Shown here: one piece after another, positions 7,572-16,243 of the stretch | Numbering within the stretch: position 1 is the stretch's first letter | Layout: each line of letters starts with the position of its first letter | From: a virus | Lineage: Duplodnaviria > Caudoviricetes | Reading direction: 5' to 3' (one strand) | Virus record (IMG/VR): IMGVR_UViG_3300048998_000027 | Coordinates: 1 to 38,087 of that record | DNA length: 38,087 bases | Notes under the pieces: model-generated | Database searches by the model: none | The model's input: only the letters and a program-made list of their open reading frames with translations | Told to the model about the DNA's origin: nothing | Made by a program: the position numbers and the translations under genes

Positions 7572-7752
7572 CGCGTATTTTTTAACGTGTTGCTTTGCTA
7601 CATCTGCTACACGCTGCTACATGTAGCGTTATGTAGCAGCGTGCAACTGCTACGCTACGCTACGTGAGTCTATAAGACACGTAGCCGTGTAGCAACGTAA
7701 CCGACGTAACACGTAGTTTAAAACGAGTTCACATGAACGCGTATTTTTTAAC
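7570..7752. repeat. putative replication origin: GCTAC/GTAGC iterons, two inverted repeats, flanking 17-bp direct repeats
   Basis: AACGCGTATTTTTTAAC at 7570-7586 and 7736-7752; about 10 GCTAC/GTAGC units; perfect IR 7610-7622/7631-7643; IR 7659-7666/7678-7685. Confidence 0.7.
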
Positions 7753-7787
7753 AAGTTCCACTGGTTCCAATCCAACAGGAGTTTCAC

Positions 7788-7976
7788 ATGTCGCAGATCG
7801 CAGTCATAAGTAAAAGACGAGGGCAATTTCACCACAAAGCAAAGTTGACAGACCGAGAGGTTGAACTGGCTCGACAGCTTCACGAAAAGGAAGGTTATTC
7901 GTACAACAAGCTAATGGTTATTTTCGATGCGACAAAAGCCTCGATTCAACGCATCTGCACGTACCGAACTCGGTAG
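7788..7976 (+). CDS. small HTH DNA-binding protein (62 aa); candidate late regulator
   Basis: AGGAG SD; GQFHHKAKLTDREV...GYSYNKLMVIFDATKASIQRI resembles the HTH found C-terminal in many phage HNH proteins. Confidence 0.8.
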   Translation: MSQIAVISKRRGQFHHKAKLTDREVELARQLHEKEGYSYNKLMVIFDATKASIQRICTYRTR

Positions 7977-7984
7977 CATTTTCA

Positions 7985-8017
7985 GGTATACATTTCCGGT
8001 AGCAAGGACGCTATATT
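7985..8017 (+). promoter_or_regulatory. late promoter motif copy 1
   Basis: GGTATACA-19 nt-TATATT; ATG of terS follows 7 nt later. Confidence 0.7.
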
Positions 8018-8024
8018 CCACCCC

Positions 8025-8630
8025 ATGGCCTACATTACTAACGACATCATTCTCGACGATCCCCGTCTCGCAAATATCTTCCTTAACACCCTGGCCGAAA
8101 CGGGGCAAGTTAAGAAGGCCTGCGAAGCGGTGGATATCTCTACCCCCACCGCGTATAGATACCGGCAACGCAATTCGTCGTTTGCGGCCCAATGGCAAGA
8201 AGCGATGAACTCGGCCGTTGAAGCGATTGAAAGTGAAGTGATTCGACGGTCCATCTTCGGTCACGATGAACCTGTGGTTTACCAAGGCCAGTTCGTCCCC
8301 GAAATTGATTACGACGCGATTGACCCGGAAACCAACGAGAAGTACCCGCCAGCGCTAGCCCCGGTTAAGCGCGATGCCAAGGGTCGTGTCGTTTACGCCA
8401 CCACAAAGAAGTACAGCGACGCGCTTGCTGCCGTTGTACTTAAAGCCAACTCCCCCAAATACCGTGACCAATCGCGTTTAGAATTAACCGGTGCGAATGG
8501 CGGGCCTGTTGAAGTCAATTCGCAAATGAATGCCACCGCTGCGGCTGCGCGTATCGCTGCACTGTTAGCGGTAGCCAAGAAGCGCTCGGAAGGCCAACCC
8601 GAAGAACCAGACATTAGCGATTTGGTATGA
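8025..8630 (+). CDS. terS: terminase small subunit
   Basis: FLNTLAETGQVKKACEAVDISTPTAYRYR HTH; EVIRRSIFG; KKYSD; ELTGANGGPV; ATGA overlap with terL. Confidence 0.85.
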   Translation: MAYITNDIILDDPRLANIFLNTLAETGQVKKACEAVDISTPTAYRYRQRNSSFAAQWQEAMNSAVEAIESEVIRRSIFGHDEPVVYQGQFVPEIDYDAIDPETNEKYPPALAPVKRDAKGRVVYATTKKYSDALAAVVLKANSPKYRDQSRLELTGANGGPVEVNSQMNATAAAARIAALLAVAKKRSEGQPEEPDISDLV

Positions 8631-10222
8631 CCATGGAACTGGCCGAGATCCAAGCCTTAATGCAGCACATGACACCCTTGGAGCTTGCCGAGCTTCACAT
8701 CCTGCTCAACAGCGACACCACACTATGGCGACCCTTGCCGGGCCCGCAATCGTGGGCTGCGGAAGCGGTAGCCGATATCACAGGCTATGGCGGCGCCGCA
8801 GGTGGGGGTAAAACCGATTTAGCGTGCGGGCTATCGCTGACTGAACACGTAAGGACCGTTATCTATCGCGAGAACGGTACAGAACTCAGCGGTGTTATTG
8901 ACCGCATAACCGAATTGCTTGGGGGTCGTAAAGGCTTCAACAGTCAAGATGGCATATGGCGGGTGATCACACCCGATGGCGTTCCTCGTCAAATAGACCT
9001 GTGTTCGTTCCCCAATCCCGGTGATGAAACCAAGCAGCAAGGTAAAGCGCGTGACCTGCTTATCTTCGATGAGGCAGCCAACATGCGTGAGAGCGCGGTG
9101 CGTTTCGTGATGGGCTGGATGCGTTCCGCCGATCCTATGCAGCGTTGCCGTGCACTGATGACGTTCAACCCGCCCACCACCGCAGAAGGTCGCTGGGTAA
9201 TCCAATACTTTGCCCCCTGGCTGGATAAGAAACACCCTAACCCTGCAAAGCCAGGTGAGTTACGCTATTTCGCTACCATTGCAGGCAAGGACGTTGAGGT
9301 CGCTAACGGCGAGACATTCGTACTCGACGAGGACGGGAATCGCTTGTATGACTTCGTAGCGGGGTTATACGAGGAAACGGACATCATCCGCCCCCTGTCA
9401 CGCACGTTCATTCCCGCACGCGTAACCGATAACCCGTTTTACATGGGTACAAACTACGTGAGCGTATTGCAGGGTTTACCTGAGCCCTTGCGTTCCCAAA
9501 TGCTTAAAGGTGATTTTATGGCGGGTGTCGAGGACGATCCGTGGCAACTTATACCCACGGAATGGGTGGAAGCTGCGCAAGCACGCTGGACCGATCTCTA
9601 CCCTAAACCACCCATGTGTTCGTTGGGGGTGGACGTTGCGCGCGGCGGGCGAGACAACACTCTTATTGCGCGCAGGCACGGCATGTGGTTCGACAAGCCC
9701 CTGGTTTTCCCGGGCTCTACGACGCCAGACGGGCCAAGCGTTGCGGGCCTCGCCATGTCCGCCATGCGTGACGGTGCACCGATCCACATCGATATTATCG
9801 GCGTAGGAGCCAGCCCGTACGATTACCTGAACAGCAACCGGCAACACGTGATCGGGGTGAACGTGAGTGAGAAGTCACTAGCCGCAGACCGCAGCGGCCG
9901 GTTGCGGTTCAGCAACCAGCGTTCGCAGTACCTCTGGCAGATGCGCGAAGCGCTCGATCCCGCCAACAATACCGGCATTTGTCTGCCGCCAGATTCCAAG
10001 CTACTCGCGGATTTCTGCGCGTTCAACTGGAAGGTGCAAGCGTCGTGCATCTACGTGGACTCACGCGAAGAAGTGTACAAACGCATAGGCCGGTCTCCCG
10101 ATTACATGAGCGCGTACATGCTCGCACTCATCGACACCCCCAAGGCTGACTACATCCAGAATCTGGGTAAAGGTATACAACGACACATGGGCACTGCATA
10201 TGATCCTTACAAAAATATGTAG
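8627..10222 (+). CDS. terL: terminase large subunit
   Basis: YGGAAGGGKT Walker A, LIFDEA Walker B, TFNPP motif, LGVDVARGGRD and RSPD nuclease motifs. Confidence 0.95.
   Translation: MTMELAEIQALMQHMTPLELAELHILLNSDTTLWRPLPGPQSWAAEAVADITGYGGAAGGGKTDLACGLSLTEHVRTVIYRENGTELSGVIDRITELLGGRKGFNSQDGIWRVITPDGVPRQIDLCSFPNPGDETKQQGKARDLLIFDEAANMRESAVRFVMGWMRSADPMQRCRALMTFNPPTTAEGRWVIQYFAPWLDKKHPNPAKPGELRYFATIAGKDVEVANGETFVLDEDGNRLYDFVAGLYEETDIIRPLSRTFIPARVTDNPFYMGTNYVSVLQGLPEPLRSQMLKGDFMAGVEDDPWQLIPTEWVEAAQARWTDLYPKPPMCSLGVDVARGGRDNTLIARRHGMWFDKPLVFPGSTTPDGPSVAGLAMSAMRDGAPIHIDIIGVGASPYDYLNSNRQHVIGVNVSEKSLAADRSGRLRFSNQRSQYLWQMREALDPANNTGICLPPDSKLLADFCAFNWKVQASCIYVDSREEVYKRIGRSPDYMSAYMLALIDTPKADYIQNLGKGIQRHMGTAYDPYKNM
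10172..10204 (+). promoter_or_regulatory. late promoter motif copy 2, inside the terL 3' end
   Basis: GGTATACA-19 nt-TATGAT. Confidence 0.65.
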
Positions 10223-10234
10223 AGAAACCAGCCC

Positions 10235-10690
10235 ATGCCCATCGCAATACGTGAAGTGTTCGGTATCACCGAATTCATGCAGGCGAACCTTGATCTAGGC
10301 CGTGAACACTACGACGAGATCGCCCGCAACAAGCAAATCATGGTGTTCAACCCGGACATTGAACGCTTTCAGGACATCGAGAACAGCGGTTTGTTACTGT
10401 CAATCGCAGCCTTCGACGGCGACAAGATGGTCGGGTACTCGGTAACGATACTCAGTAACCACTTGCACTATGCCAACCTGAATTGCGCATACAACGACAT
10501 GTTGTACGTACATCCCGATTATCGTAAAGGCCGTGTTGGTTTGCAGTTGATACGCGAAACGCAACAAAGAGCCAAAGCGCGCGGCGCCCAGTTCATGACA
10601 TGGCACGCGAAAGAAAGCACTCCCCTGGCCGCATTGCTGCCCAAGTTAGGTTGCAAAGTGCAAGACATCATTTTCAGCGAGGAATTGTAA
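10235..10690 (+). CDS. GNAT-family N-acetyltransferase
   Basis: LYVHPDYRKGRVGLQLI acetyl-CoA-binding motif A. Confidence 0.88.
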   Translation: MPIAIREVFGITEFMQANLDLGREHYDEIARNKQIMVFNPDIERFQDIENSGLLLSIAAFDGDKMVGYSVTILSNHLHYANLNCAYNDMLYVHPDYRKGRVGLQLIRETQQRAKARGAQFMTWHAKESTPLAALLPKLGCKVQDIIFSEEL

Positions 10691-11236
10691 ATGTTTAGAC
10701 GCCTCGCCACAGGCTTACCGGTTACCGATTGCCTCGAAGAACTTAACGCATTCCCCATCTTGTGGAATCTGTTCACCGCACGCCAGGAGACCGAAGGTTC
10801 GCCCCATCGCGATACCGAGAGCATTATCCTGCGCGGTCCTGCGATACCGGACATCGATTCTGCGTTCAACGATATCAACGCCTACGATTACCCCGTCGTA
10901 AACCGCTTACCCAAGACGCGTGAACTCATCTCGCACGTATGCAATACCTATCTGCCAGGCTACATGCTGGGCCGCGTTATGGTTGCAAAACTCTTACCGT
11001 TTGGCCACATCACCAAGCACGCCGACGAAGGAGCCTACGCAGAACACTACGAGCGCTTCCATGTTGTGCTGGCCAGCGAAGACGGTAACCGTTTCGCGAA
11101 TGGGATAGCGCAAGTGTGTATGCGTCCCGGCACGTTGTGGTCCTTCGAACACCGTAAAGAACATGAAGTGTGGAACGGCAGCAACGCCCCACGCATTCAC
11201 ATCATCATTGACGCACGCAAAACAGGGGCTAAGTAA
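10691..11236 (+). CDS. aspartyl/asparaginyl beta-hydroxylase-like 2OG-Fe(II) oxygenase
   Basis: GRVMVAKLLPFGHITKHAD...RFHVVL...EHEVWNGSNAPRIHIIID: HxD...H facial triad plus Arg for 2-oxoglutarate. Confidence 0.88.
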   Translation: MFRRLATGLPVTDCLEELNAFPILWNLFTARQETEGSPHRDTESIILRGPAIPDIDSAFNDINAYDYPVVNRLPKTRELISHVCNTYLPGYMLGRVMVAKLLPFGHITKHADEGAYAEHYERFHVVLASEDGNRFANGIAQVCMRPGTLWSFEHRKEHEVWNGSNAPRIHIIIDARKTGAK

Positions 11237-11547
11237 TGGGCTCAGGCTGGAAACCCACGGGTTTATCTTCAAGTGACTACACGCTCAAGGGTTTGAAATC
11301 CCACTCCACGGGCAACCTGGGCGACTCAATGGGTGGCGACAAATCCAAGAAGATGACACCACCTCCCGCACCGCCACCACTACCGCAAGCGTCCAAAGCA
11401 CCGGACATTAACGCCATACGCACCAGCTTGGCGGGTGCAGGCCAAGCGGGTAGCTCACCGGGTGTTGCACAAACATTCCTAACGGGGGCTGGCGGGGTTG
11501 ATCCCTCCACGTTAACGCTAGGCCGCACCTTGTTGCTGGGGAATTAA
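11236..11547 (+). CDS. small pre-portal virion protein
   Basis: Pro-rich centre and TFLTGAGGV...LG..LLG C-terminus typical of the gene before podovirus portals; TAATG coupling. Confidence 0.75.
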   Translation: MGSGWKPTGLSSSDYTLKGLKSHSTGNLGDSMGGDKSKKMTPPPAPPPLPQASKAPDINAIRTSLAGAGQAGSSPGVAQTFLTGAGGVDPSTLTLGRTLLLGN

Positions 11548-11548
11548 T

Positions 11549-13228
11549 GTGACTGAGAAAACCGAGAAAGAGAAACTGCTGTCACGGTGGGGTCAACTCA
11601 AAACCGAGCGCGAGACGTGGAAGCCACAATGGGCCGAGATCTCGCGTTTTATTGTACCGCGTCAAGGGCGTTACTTTTTGCAGGATCGCAACAAGGGCCA
11701 CAAACGTCACAACGATATCTACGATTCAACGGGCACGCGCGCTAACCAGATACTCGCCGCAGGATTGATGGGCGGTTTAACCAGTCCCGCTCGTCCATGG
11801 TTCAGACTGGCAACCAATGACGCCGAGATGAACAAGCAACCCGCCGTCAAGAAGTGGTTAAGTGATTGCACCAACATTTTGTTGAGCATCTTTCAGAAGT
11901 CGAACACCTATCGCGGACTGCACACGATCTACAAAGAGCTTGGGGCTTTCGGTACCGGCGCGGCGATTATCGCCCCGCATTTCAGCAACATCATTCACCT
12001 GCACCCCCAAACGATTGGCGAATACGCTATCGCGACCAACTTCCAGGGGCGGGTGGATACGATTTACCGCGAGTTTGAAATGACGGTATCCCAACTCGTG
12101 CGCGAGTTCGGCAAGGAGAATTGTTCGAACACCGTGCGAAGCATGTTCGAGCGCGGCCAGTTGGATTCGTGGGTTCCCGTGATGCACACCATAGAGCCCC
12201 GTGCAGACCGTGACATCAACATGAAGGACAACGTGAACAAAGCGTTCAAAGATGTCTATTTTGAGACAGGTGGGGAAAAGAATTTACTGTTACGCGAAGC
12301 AGGCTTCGAGCGCTTCCAAGCCGTGGCGCCCCGCTGGGATGTGAATGGGGGTGACATTTACGGCAGTTCACCTGGCCAGGAAGCCTTGGGCGATATCAAA
12401 CAACTGCAACATGAACAACTCCGCAAAGCACAGTGTATTGACCTGCAAGTTGACCCGCCGTTGCAAGTGCCGGTTAGCATGAAGAACAGAGCCTTGGAGC
12501 GTATGCCCGGCGGCGTCAGCTTCGTGGATCAGACGGCATCGGGCAAAGCAATCCAGACCGCATATGACGTTAACCTGAATCTATCGTACCTGCTGAATGA
12601 TATTCAGGATGTGCGAGGGCGCATTAACAGCGCGTTCTTCGTTGACCTGTTCATGATGATTAGCCAGGACAATGCAGCAACTACCCGCATGACCGCGACC
12701 GAAGTGGCAGAACGCCATGAAGAAAAAATGCTCATGCTGGGCCCAGTGCTGGAACGCTTGCAGGATGAACTGCTAGACCCGCTCATCGAGATCACGTTCT
12801 ATACCGCGTTAGACGCGAACATATTGCCGCCCGCACCCCCCGAACTGGAAGGGCGTAAGTTAAGTGTTGAACTGGTTTCAATGCTGGCTCAAGCGCAGCG
12901 CGCTATCGCGACCAACGGCGTGGATCGCTTCGTGAATTCTATGGGTGCTATCGCCGGGTTTAAATCTGACGTGCTTGATAAGTTCAACGCGGATGCGTGG
13001 GCCGATACATACAGCGATATGTTGGGCGTTGATCCTACGTTGATCGTACCGCAGGACCAGGTAGACCAGATCCGTAAACAGCGTGCGCAAGCGCAAGCCG
13101 CTGCGCAAGCACAGCAACAAAACAATATCGCTTCACAAACTGCTAAGAATTTGGGGCAGACGTCCACGAACGGCGGTAATGCTGCCAGTGATGTTATCAA
13201 TATGTTTAGTCAAGGCTTAGGCCAATAG
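11549..13228 (+). CDS. portal / head-tail connector (T7 gp8- and BPP-1-like)
   Basis: IYDSTG...LAAGLMGGLTSPARPWFRL; YGSSPG; MTATEVAERHEEK..MLGPVLERL; Gln-rich C-terminus. Confidence 0.95.
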   Translation: MTEKTEKEKLLSRWGQLKTERETWKPQWAEISRFIVPRQGRYFLQDRNKGHKRHNDIYDSTGTRANQILAAGLMGGLTSPARPWFRLATNDAEMNKQPAVKKWLSDCTNILLSIFQKSNTYRGLHTIYKELGAFGTGAAIIAPHFSNIIHLHPQTIGEYAIATNFQGRVDTIYREFEMTVSQLVREFGKENCSNTVRSMFERGQLDSWVPVMHTIEPRADRDINMKDNVNKAFKDVYFETGGEKNLLLREAGFERFQAVAPRWDVNGGDIYGSSPGQEALGDIKQLQHEQLRKAQCIDLQVDPPLQVPVSMKNRALERMPGGVSFVDQTASGKAIQTAYDVNLNLSYLLNDIQDVRGRINSAFFVDLFMMISQDNAATTRMTATEVAERHEEKMLMLGPVLERLQDELLDPLIEITFYTALDANILPPAPPELEGRKLSVELVSMLAQAQRAIATNGVDRFVNSMGAIAGFKSDVLDKFNADAWADTYSDMLGVDPTLIVPQDQVDQIRKQRAQAQAAAQAQQQNNIASQTAKNLGQTSTNGGNAASDVINMFSQGLGQ

Positions 13229-13235
13229 GATCACC

Positions 13236-13562
13236 ATGCAAACTATTCAGCTGCTAACAGCGGTTACCACTAACACCACGGGTAATACCTTTCCCATCGG
13301 TAACATTTTCGACACCAGTAAACCTAACCGGTGCTACCAAGCTACGGTGTCCGGCACCGGGGCCGTAACTGCTACGGTTACATTTTTCGGCTCTAACGAT
13401 GGGGTCAACTGGTCTGCTACACCGTTTGGTACGGTCACGCTATCGGGAACAACTACCGTTACGGATAACTTCGCAAGCGTAGCGCCTTGGGCGTTTGTCC
13501 GTTGCGTGACGGCCAGTGTTTCAGGTACGGGGGCTACGGTTACCGCAAGCGTAGTGTTGTAG
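13236..13562 (+). CDS. beta-strand-rich virion protein (108 aa)
   Basis: AGGA SD; Thr/Val/Gly-rich; GSNDGVNW motif. Confidence 0.7.
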   Translation: MQTIQLLTAVTTNTTGNTFPIGNIFDTSKPNRCYQATVSGTGAVTATVTFFGSNDGVNWSATPFGTVTLSGTTTVTDNFASVAPWAFVRCVTASVSGTGATVTASVVL

Positions 13563-13591
13563 TTTTTAGCTAAAACAAAGGAAATAAACGC

Positions 13592-14083
13592 ATGACGACG
13601 ACCAATAGGGTGAGAAACGGAATAGGAGACGACGTGGTAAACGGTACGTCTACAAACGATAACGCGGCCCCGGGTATGGTGGGGGAGTATATAACGTCCA
13701 CCGTCGCACCCGGGGCTGCAATTCCGTTAACCAGTGGTGCAGGCGTTAACGTAACGTCGATTACACTTACCCCCGGCGATTGGGATGTAACCTGCCAGGT
13801 TAACTTTCTCACCACGCTGGCAACCTTGAGCGACATGCGTATTGGGGCGAGCACTGTTAGTACTGCATTGCCGGCACAAGGCGGTGGCTCAGGACTAAGC
13901 TCGGATGGATTGGCTATCTTCGCGTTAACCTTGTCAGCGGTATCGAACACTTTCACGATTAATTCGCTTACGGTAAGAGTAAGTATCGCGGTACCGACCA
14001 CGATATACATGGTTTCCCAAGCGACTTTTACGATAGGCAGCATCACGGCCTATGGAACTATCCGCGCACGCCGTACGCGCTAA
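13592..14083 (+). CDS. beta-rich fibre-tip-like virion protein (163 aa)
   Basis: AAGGA SD; GTSTNDNAAPGMVGEYI...SITLTPGDWDV...IRARR resembles a module recalled from phage fibre C-termini. Confidence 0.7.
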   Translation: MTTTNRVRNGIGDDVVNGTSTNDNAAPGMVGEYITSTVAPGAAIPLTSGAGVNVTSITLTPGDWDVTCQVNFLTTLATLSDMRIGASTVSTALPAQGGGSGLSSDGLAIFALTLSAVSNTFTINSLTVRVSIAVPTTIYMVSQATFTIGSITAYGTIRARRTR

Positions 14084-14096
14084 ACAGGACGATACT

Positions 14097-14939
14097 ATGT
14101 ACAAAATACAGCAAGTAGCCGCGTTACACGATTCCATCACCGGAGCGCTAACCGGGCTTTTAGGCGCCGACAACAAAGAATACATGATACCGGTAGTAAC
14201 GGTTAACGGCGCGTTGATTAGCGCAGACGGTTCGTTCCTATCCGGTTTAACAAATCCGCTCTACGGTGCTGTAGCCAGTGCTAACAATTACATCCAAGAT
14301 TACGTTTGGAACAAATCCTCGGGCGTAAATGCCTCTGCGGATTTCATTGTGTACCCCGATAACGGTACCGATGCCAGTGGCTGGATGGACATGGGTGTTA
14401 CGTCGTCCAACTTCTCGCAAGCCGCGTATAGCGTAACCGGACCGAATGAAGGCTATTTGTTTATGTCCGCCACGGCGGCCTCCGGTAAATCAGGCGATAT
14501 GGTAATCGCCACGGATTCAACCGGCGTCAGCAACTCGATACGATTTTACGTGAACAGTTTTGCCAAAGCGATAGGCTCGTGGTCCGCAAAAATCACAGGT
14601 TCAAACGGTTTATTCAGTTTCGCGAGCGGCATGGCCCTTACTGGTAAAGCCTTCCCCAATAACGGAGCGACGGTTACTTATACTTATCCGGCCAATACCA
14701 GTTACGTATATTTAACTACCAGTGCGGCCAACTTAACCATTACCTTACCAACGGTTACCGGGGCTGCGGGCGTCGCTATTGACGGTTCAGTGATCGAGAT
14801 TGTGCCAAGCGCGACCGTTGCTACGGTCACGTGGGCAAGTACCGGAGGCTCGTTTGTAGGGGCCCCCGCAGCGTTTACCGCTAACGTACCTGTGAAGATG
14901 ATTTACCACCACGCAACGCTAAGCTGGTATCCAGCATAA
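14097..14939 (+). CDS. fibre/decoration-like virion protein (280 aa)
   Basis: Track ORF 14052..14939; start moved to ATG 14097 (AGGAC SD); Ser/Thr/Gly/Ala-rich beta composition. Confidence 0.7.
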   Translation: MYKIQQVAALHDSITGALTGLLGADNKEYMIPVVTVNGALISADGSFLSGLTNPLYGAVASANNYIQDYVWNKSSGVNASADFIVYPDNGTDASGWMDMGVTSSNFSQAAYSVTGPNEGYLFMSATAASGKSGDMVIATDSTGVSNSIRFYVNSFAKAIGSWSAKITGSNGLFSFASGMALTGKAFPNNGATVTYTYPANTSYVYLTTSAANLTITLPTVTGAAGVAIDGSVIEIVPSATVATVTWASTGGSFVGAPAAFTANVPVKMIYHHATLSWYPA

Positions 14940-14950
14940 GGAGCAACGCT

Positions 14951-15253
14951 ATGACAATGTCCAGCTTGAAAACGAAAGACGACGGGTGCAGCCCGTGTAC
15001 CGATTCCTCCTACGGGTACGGCACGCAGATACGACTGACCGAGGAACAAGTGGAAGCGCTAGGGTTGAAAGCTAACCCACCCGCCGCCGGGGCCAAGGTC
15101 GGTATTACCGCAATCGCTATCGTGCAAAGCGTTGAACAGCGCGTGTCAAGTGACGGCGACGAGGGCGGCATTGATGTTTGCCTGTGCTTGCAGCTTACGG
15201 ATATGGAAGTCACAGGTGCCGCAGCCCGCGCACCCTTAGCGCTTTACGAGTAA
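14951..15253 (+). CDS. capsid staple-like / head accessory protein
   Basis: AAGGAG SD; YGYGTQIRLTEEQVEALGL...P..G..V...LQLTDMEV pattern; position between portal and scaffold. Confidence 0.6.
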   Translation: MTMSSLKTKDDGCSPCTDSSYGYGTQIRLTEEQVEALGLKANPPAAGAKVGITAIAIVQSVEQRVSSDGDEGGIDVCLCLQLTDMEVTGAAARAPLALYE

Positions 15254-15254
15254 A

Positions 15255-15287
15255 GGTATACAACGCGCAAAAGCCACTGGCTATATT
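15255..15287 (+). promoter_or_regulatory. late promoter motif copy 3 (head genes)
   Basis: GGTATACA-19 nt-TATATT; ATG follows 8 nt later with no SD. Confidence 0.7.
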
Positions 15288-15295
15288 GCGTACGT

Positions 15296-15604
15296 ATGAC
15301 AACAGATCCTTATGACAGCCTGCTTAGTGCCCAGACCGATGAGCACAACGACACCGCGAAGCTTGAACAGCATCGCGAAGTTGAAGACCTTAAATGGCTA
15401 ATGAGCAATAAGCGGGGCCGTCGTATCGTTCACCAGATACTAAGTGATGCCGGAGTCTTTCGAACTTCATACATACCCGGAATGGACGCCATGCAAACCG
15501 CGTTCAACGAAGGTAAACGCAACATGGGTTTGAAGATCCTGGCAACCATCACGACACACTGCCCCACTCGGTACGCCGAAATGATAGAGGAATCAGCGCA
15601 ATGA
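15296..15604 (+). CDS. Bbp19-like head protein
   Basis: DLKWLMSNKRGRRIV...AGVFRTS...AFNEGKRNMGL. Confidence 0.8.
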   Translation: MTTDPYDSLLSAQTDEHNDTAKLEQHREVEDLKWLMSNKRGRRIVHQILSDAGVFRTSYIPGMDAMQTAFNEGKRNMGLKILATITTHCPTRYAEMIEESAQ

Positions 15605-16227
15605 CTGATCAATTAGCCGCCCAGCCAGCTACCACAGATGCACCAGCAACACCCGTAGTAGAAACGCAAACCGCAGCGCCAGTAGAACCGGGCACGCCCG
15701 CACCTGCTGAACCTGTAGCCGACGTAAAGAACGACGCTATCGCAGATCCCGTTAAGGTTGATGCACCCAAGGCACCCGAGAAGTATGAGTTCGCTGCACC
15801 AGAAGGTCAGCAATTCAATTCCGACGTGTTAGGCGAGTTCGAAGCGACGGCACGCGAACTGGATTTAAGCCAGGAAGCTGCGCAGACACTATTGAGTAAA
15901 GTAGCACCCGCCATACAGAAAGCCCAACAGGCCGAAGCGGTGCGGATGCAAAACGAGTGGGCGGAAGCCGCGAGAAGCGATAAGGAATTCGGGGGCGATA
16001 AGCTTGCCGAGAACCTGGCTGTAGCGAACAAAGCACTCACCACTTTTGGTACTCCCGAGCTTAAAACATTGCTCGACCAAACCGGCTTGGCTAATCACCC
16101 TGAAATAATCAGGGCGTTTTACAAGGCAGGAAAACAGATCAGTTCTAGCACGTTTGTAACGGGTGGTTTGGCACAGTCAAACGACGCGACACCGACAGCG
16201 AAAAAACTGTATCCAGACATGAATTAG
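15601..16227 (+). CDS. capsid scaffolding protein
   Basis: Pro/Ala-rich N-terminus, APEKYEF, DKEFGG, GLANHPEIIRAF, C-terminal LYP; directly before the capsid gene. Confidence 0.8.
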   Translation: MTDQLAAQPATTDAPATPVVETQTAAPVEPGTPAPAEPVADVKNDAIADPVKVDAPKAPEKYEFAAPEGQQFNSDVLGEFEATARELDLSQEAAQTLLSKVAPAIQKAQQAEAVRMQNEWAEAARSDKEFGGDKLAENLAVANKALTTFGTPELKTLLDQTGLANHPEIIRAFYKAGKQISSSTFVTGGLAQSNDATPTAKKLYPDMN

Positions 16228-16243
16228 TAACGAGGGCTAAACA

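Noticed and set aside
7590-7715. CRISPR or mini-array
   Set aside because: Units are 5-7 bp in both orientations with no unique spacers.
13570-14046. 158-aa antisense ORF
   Set aside because: Antisense shadow of the plus-strand gene 13592..14083, which has an SD and fits the operon.
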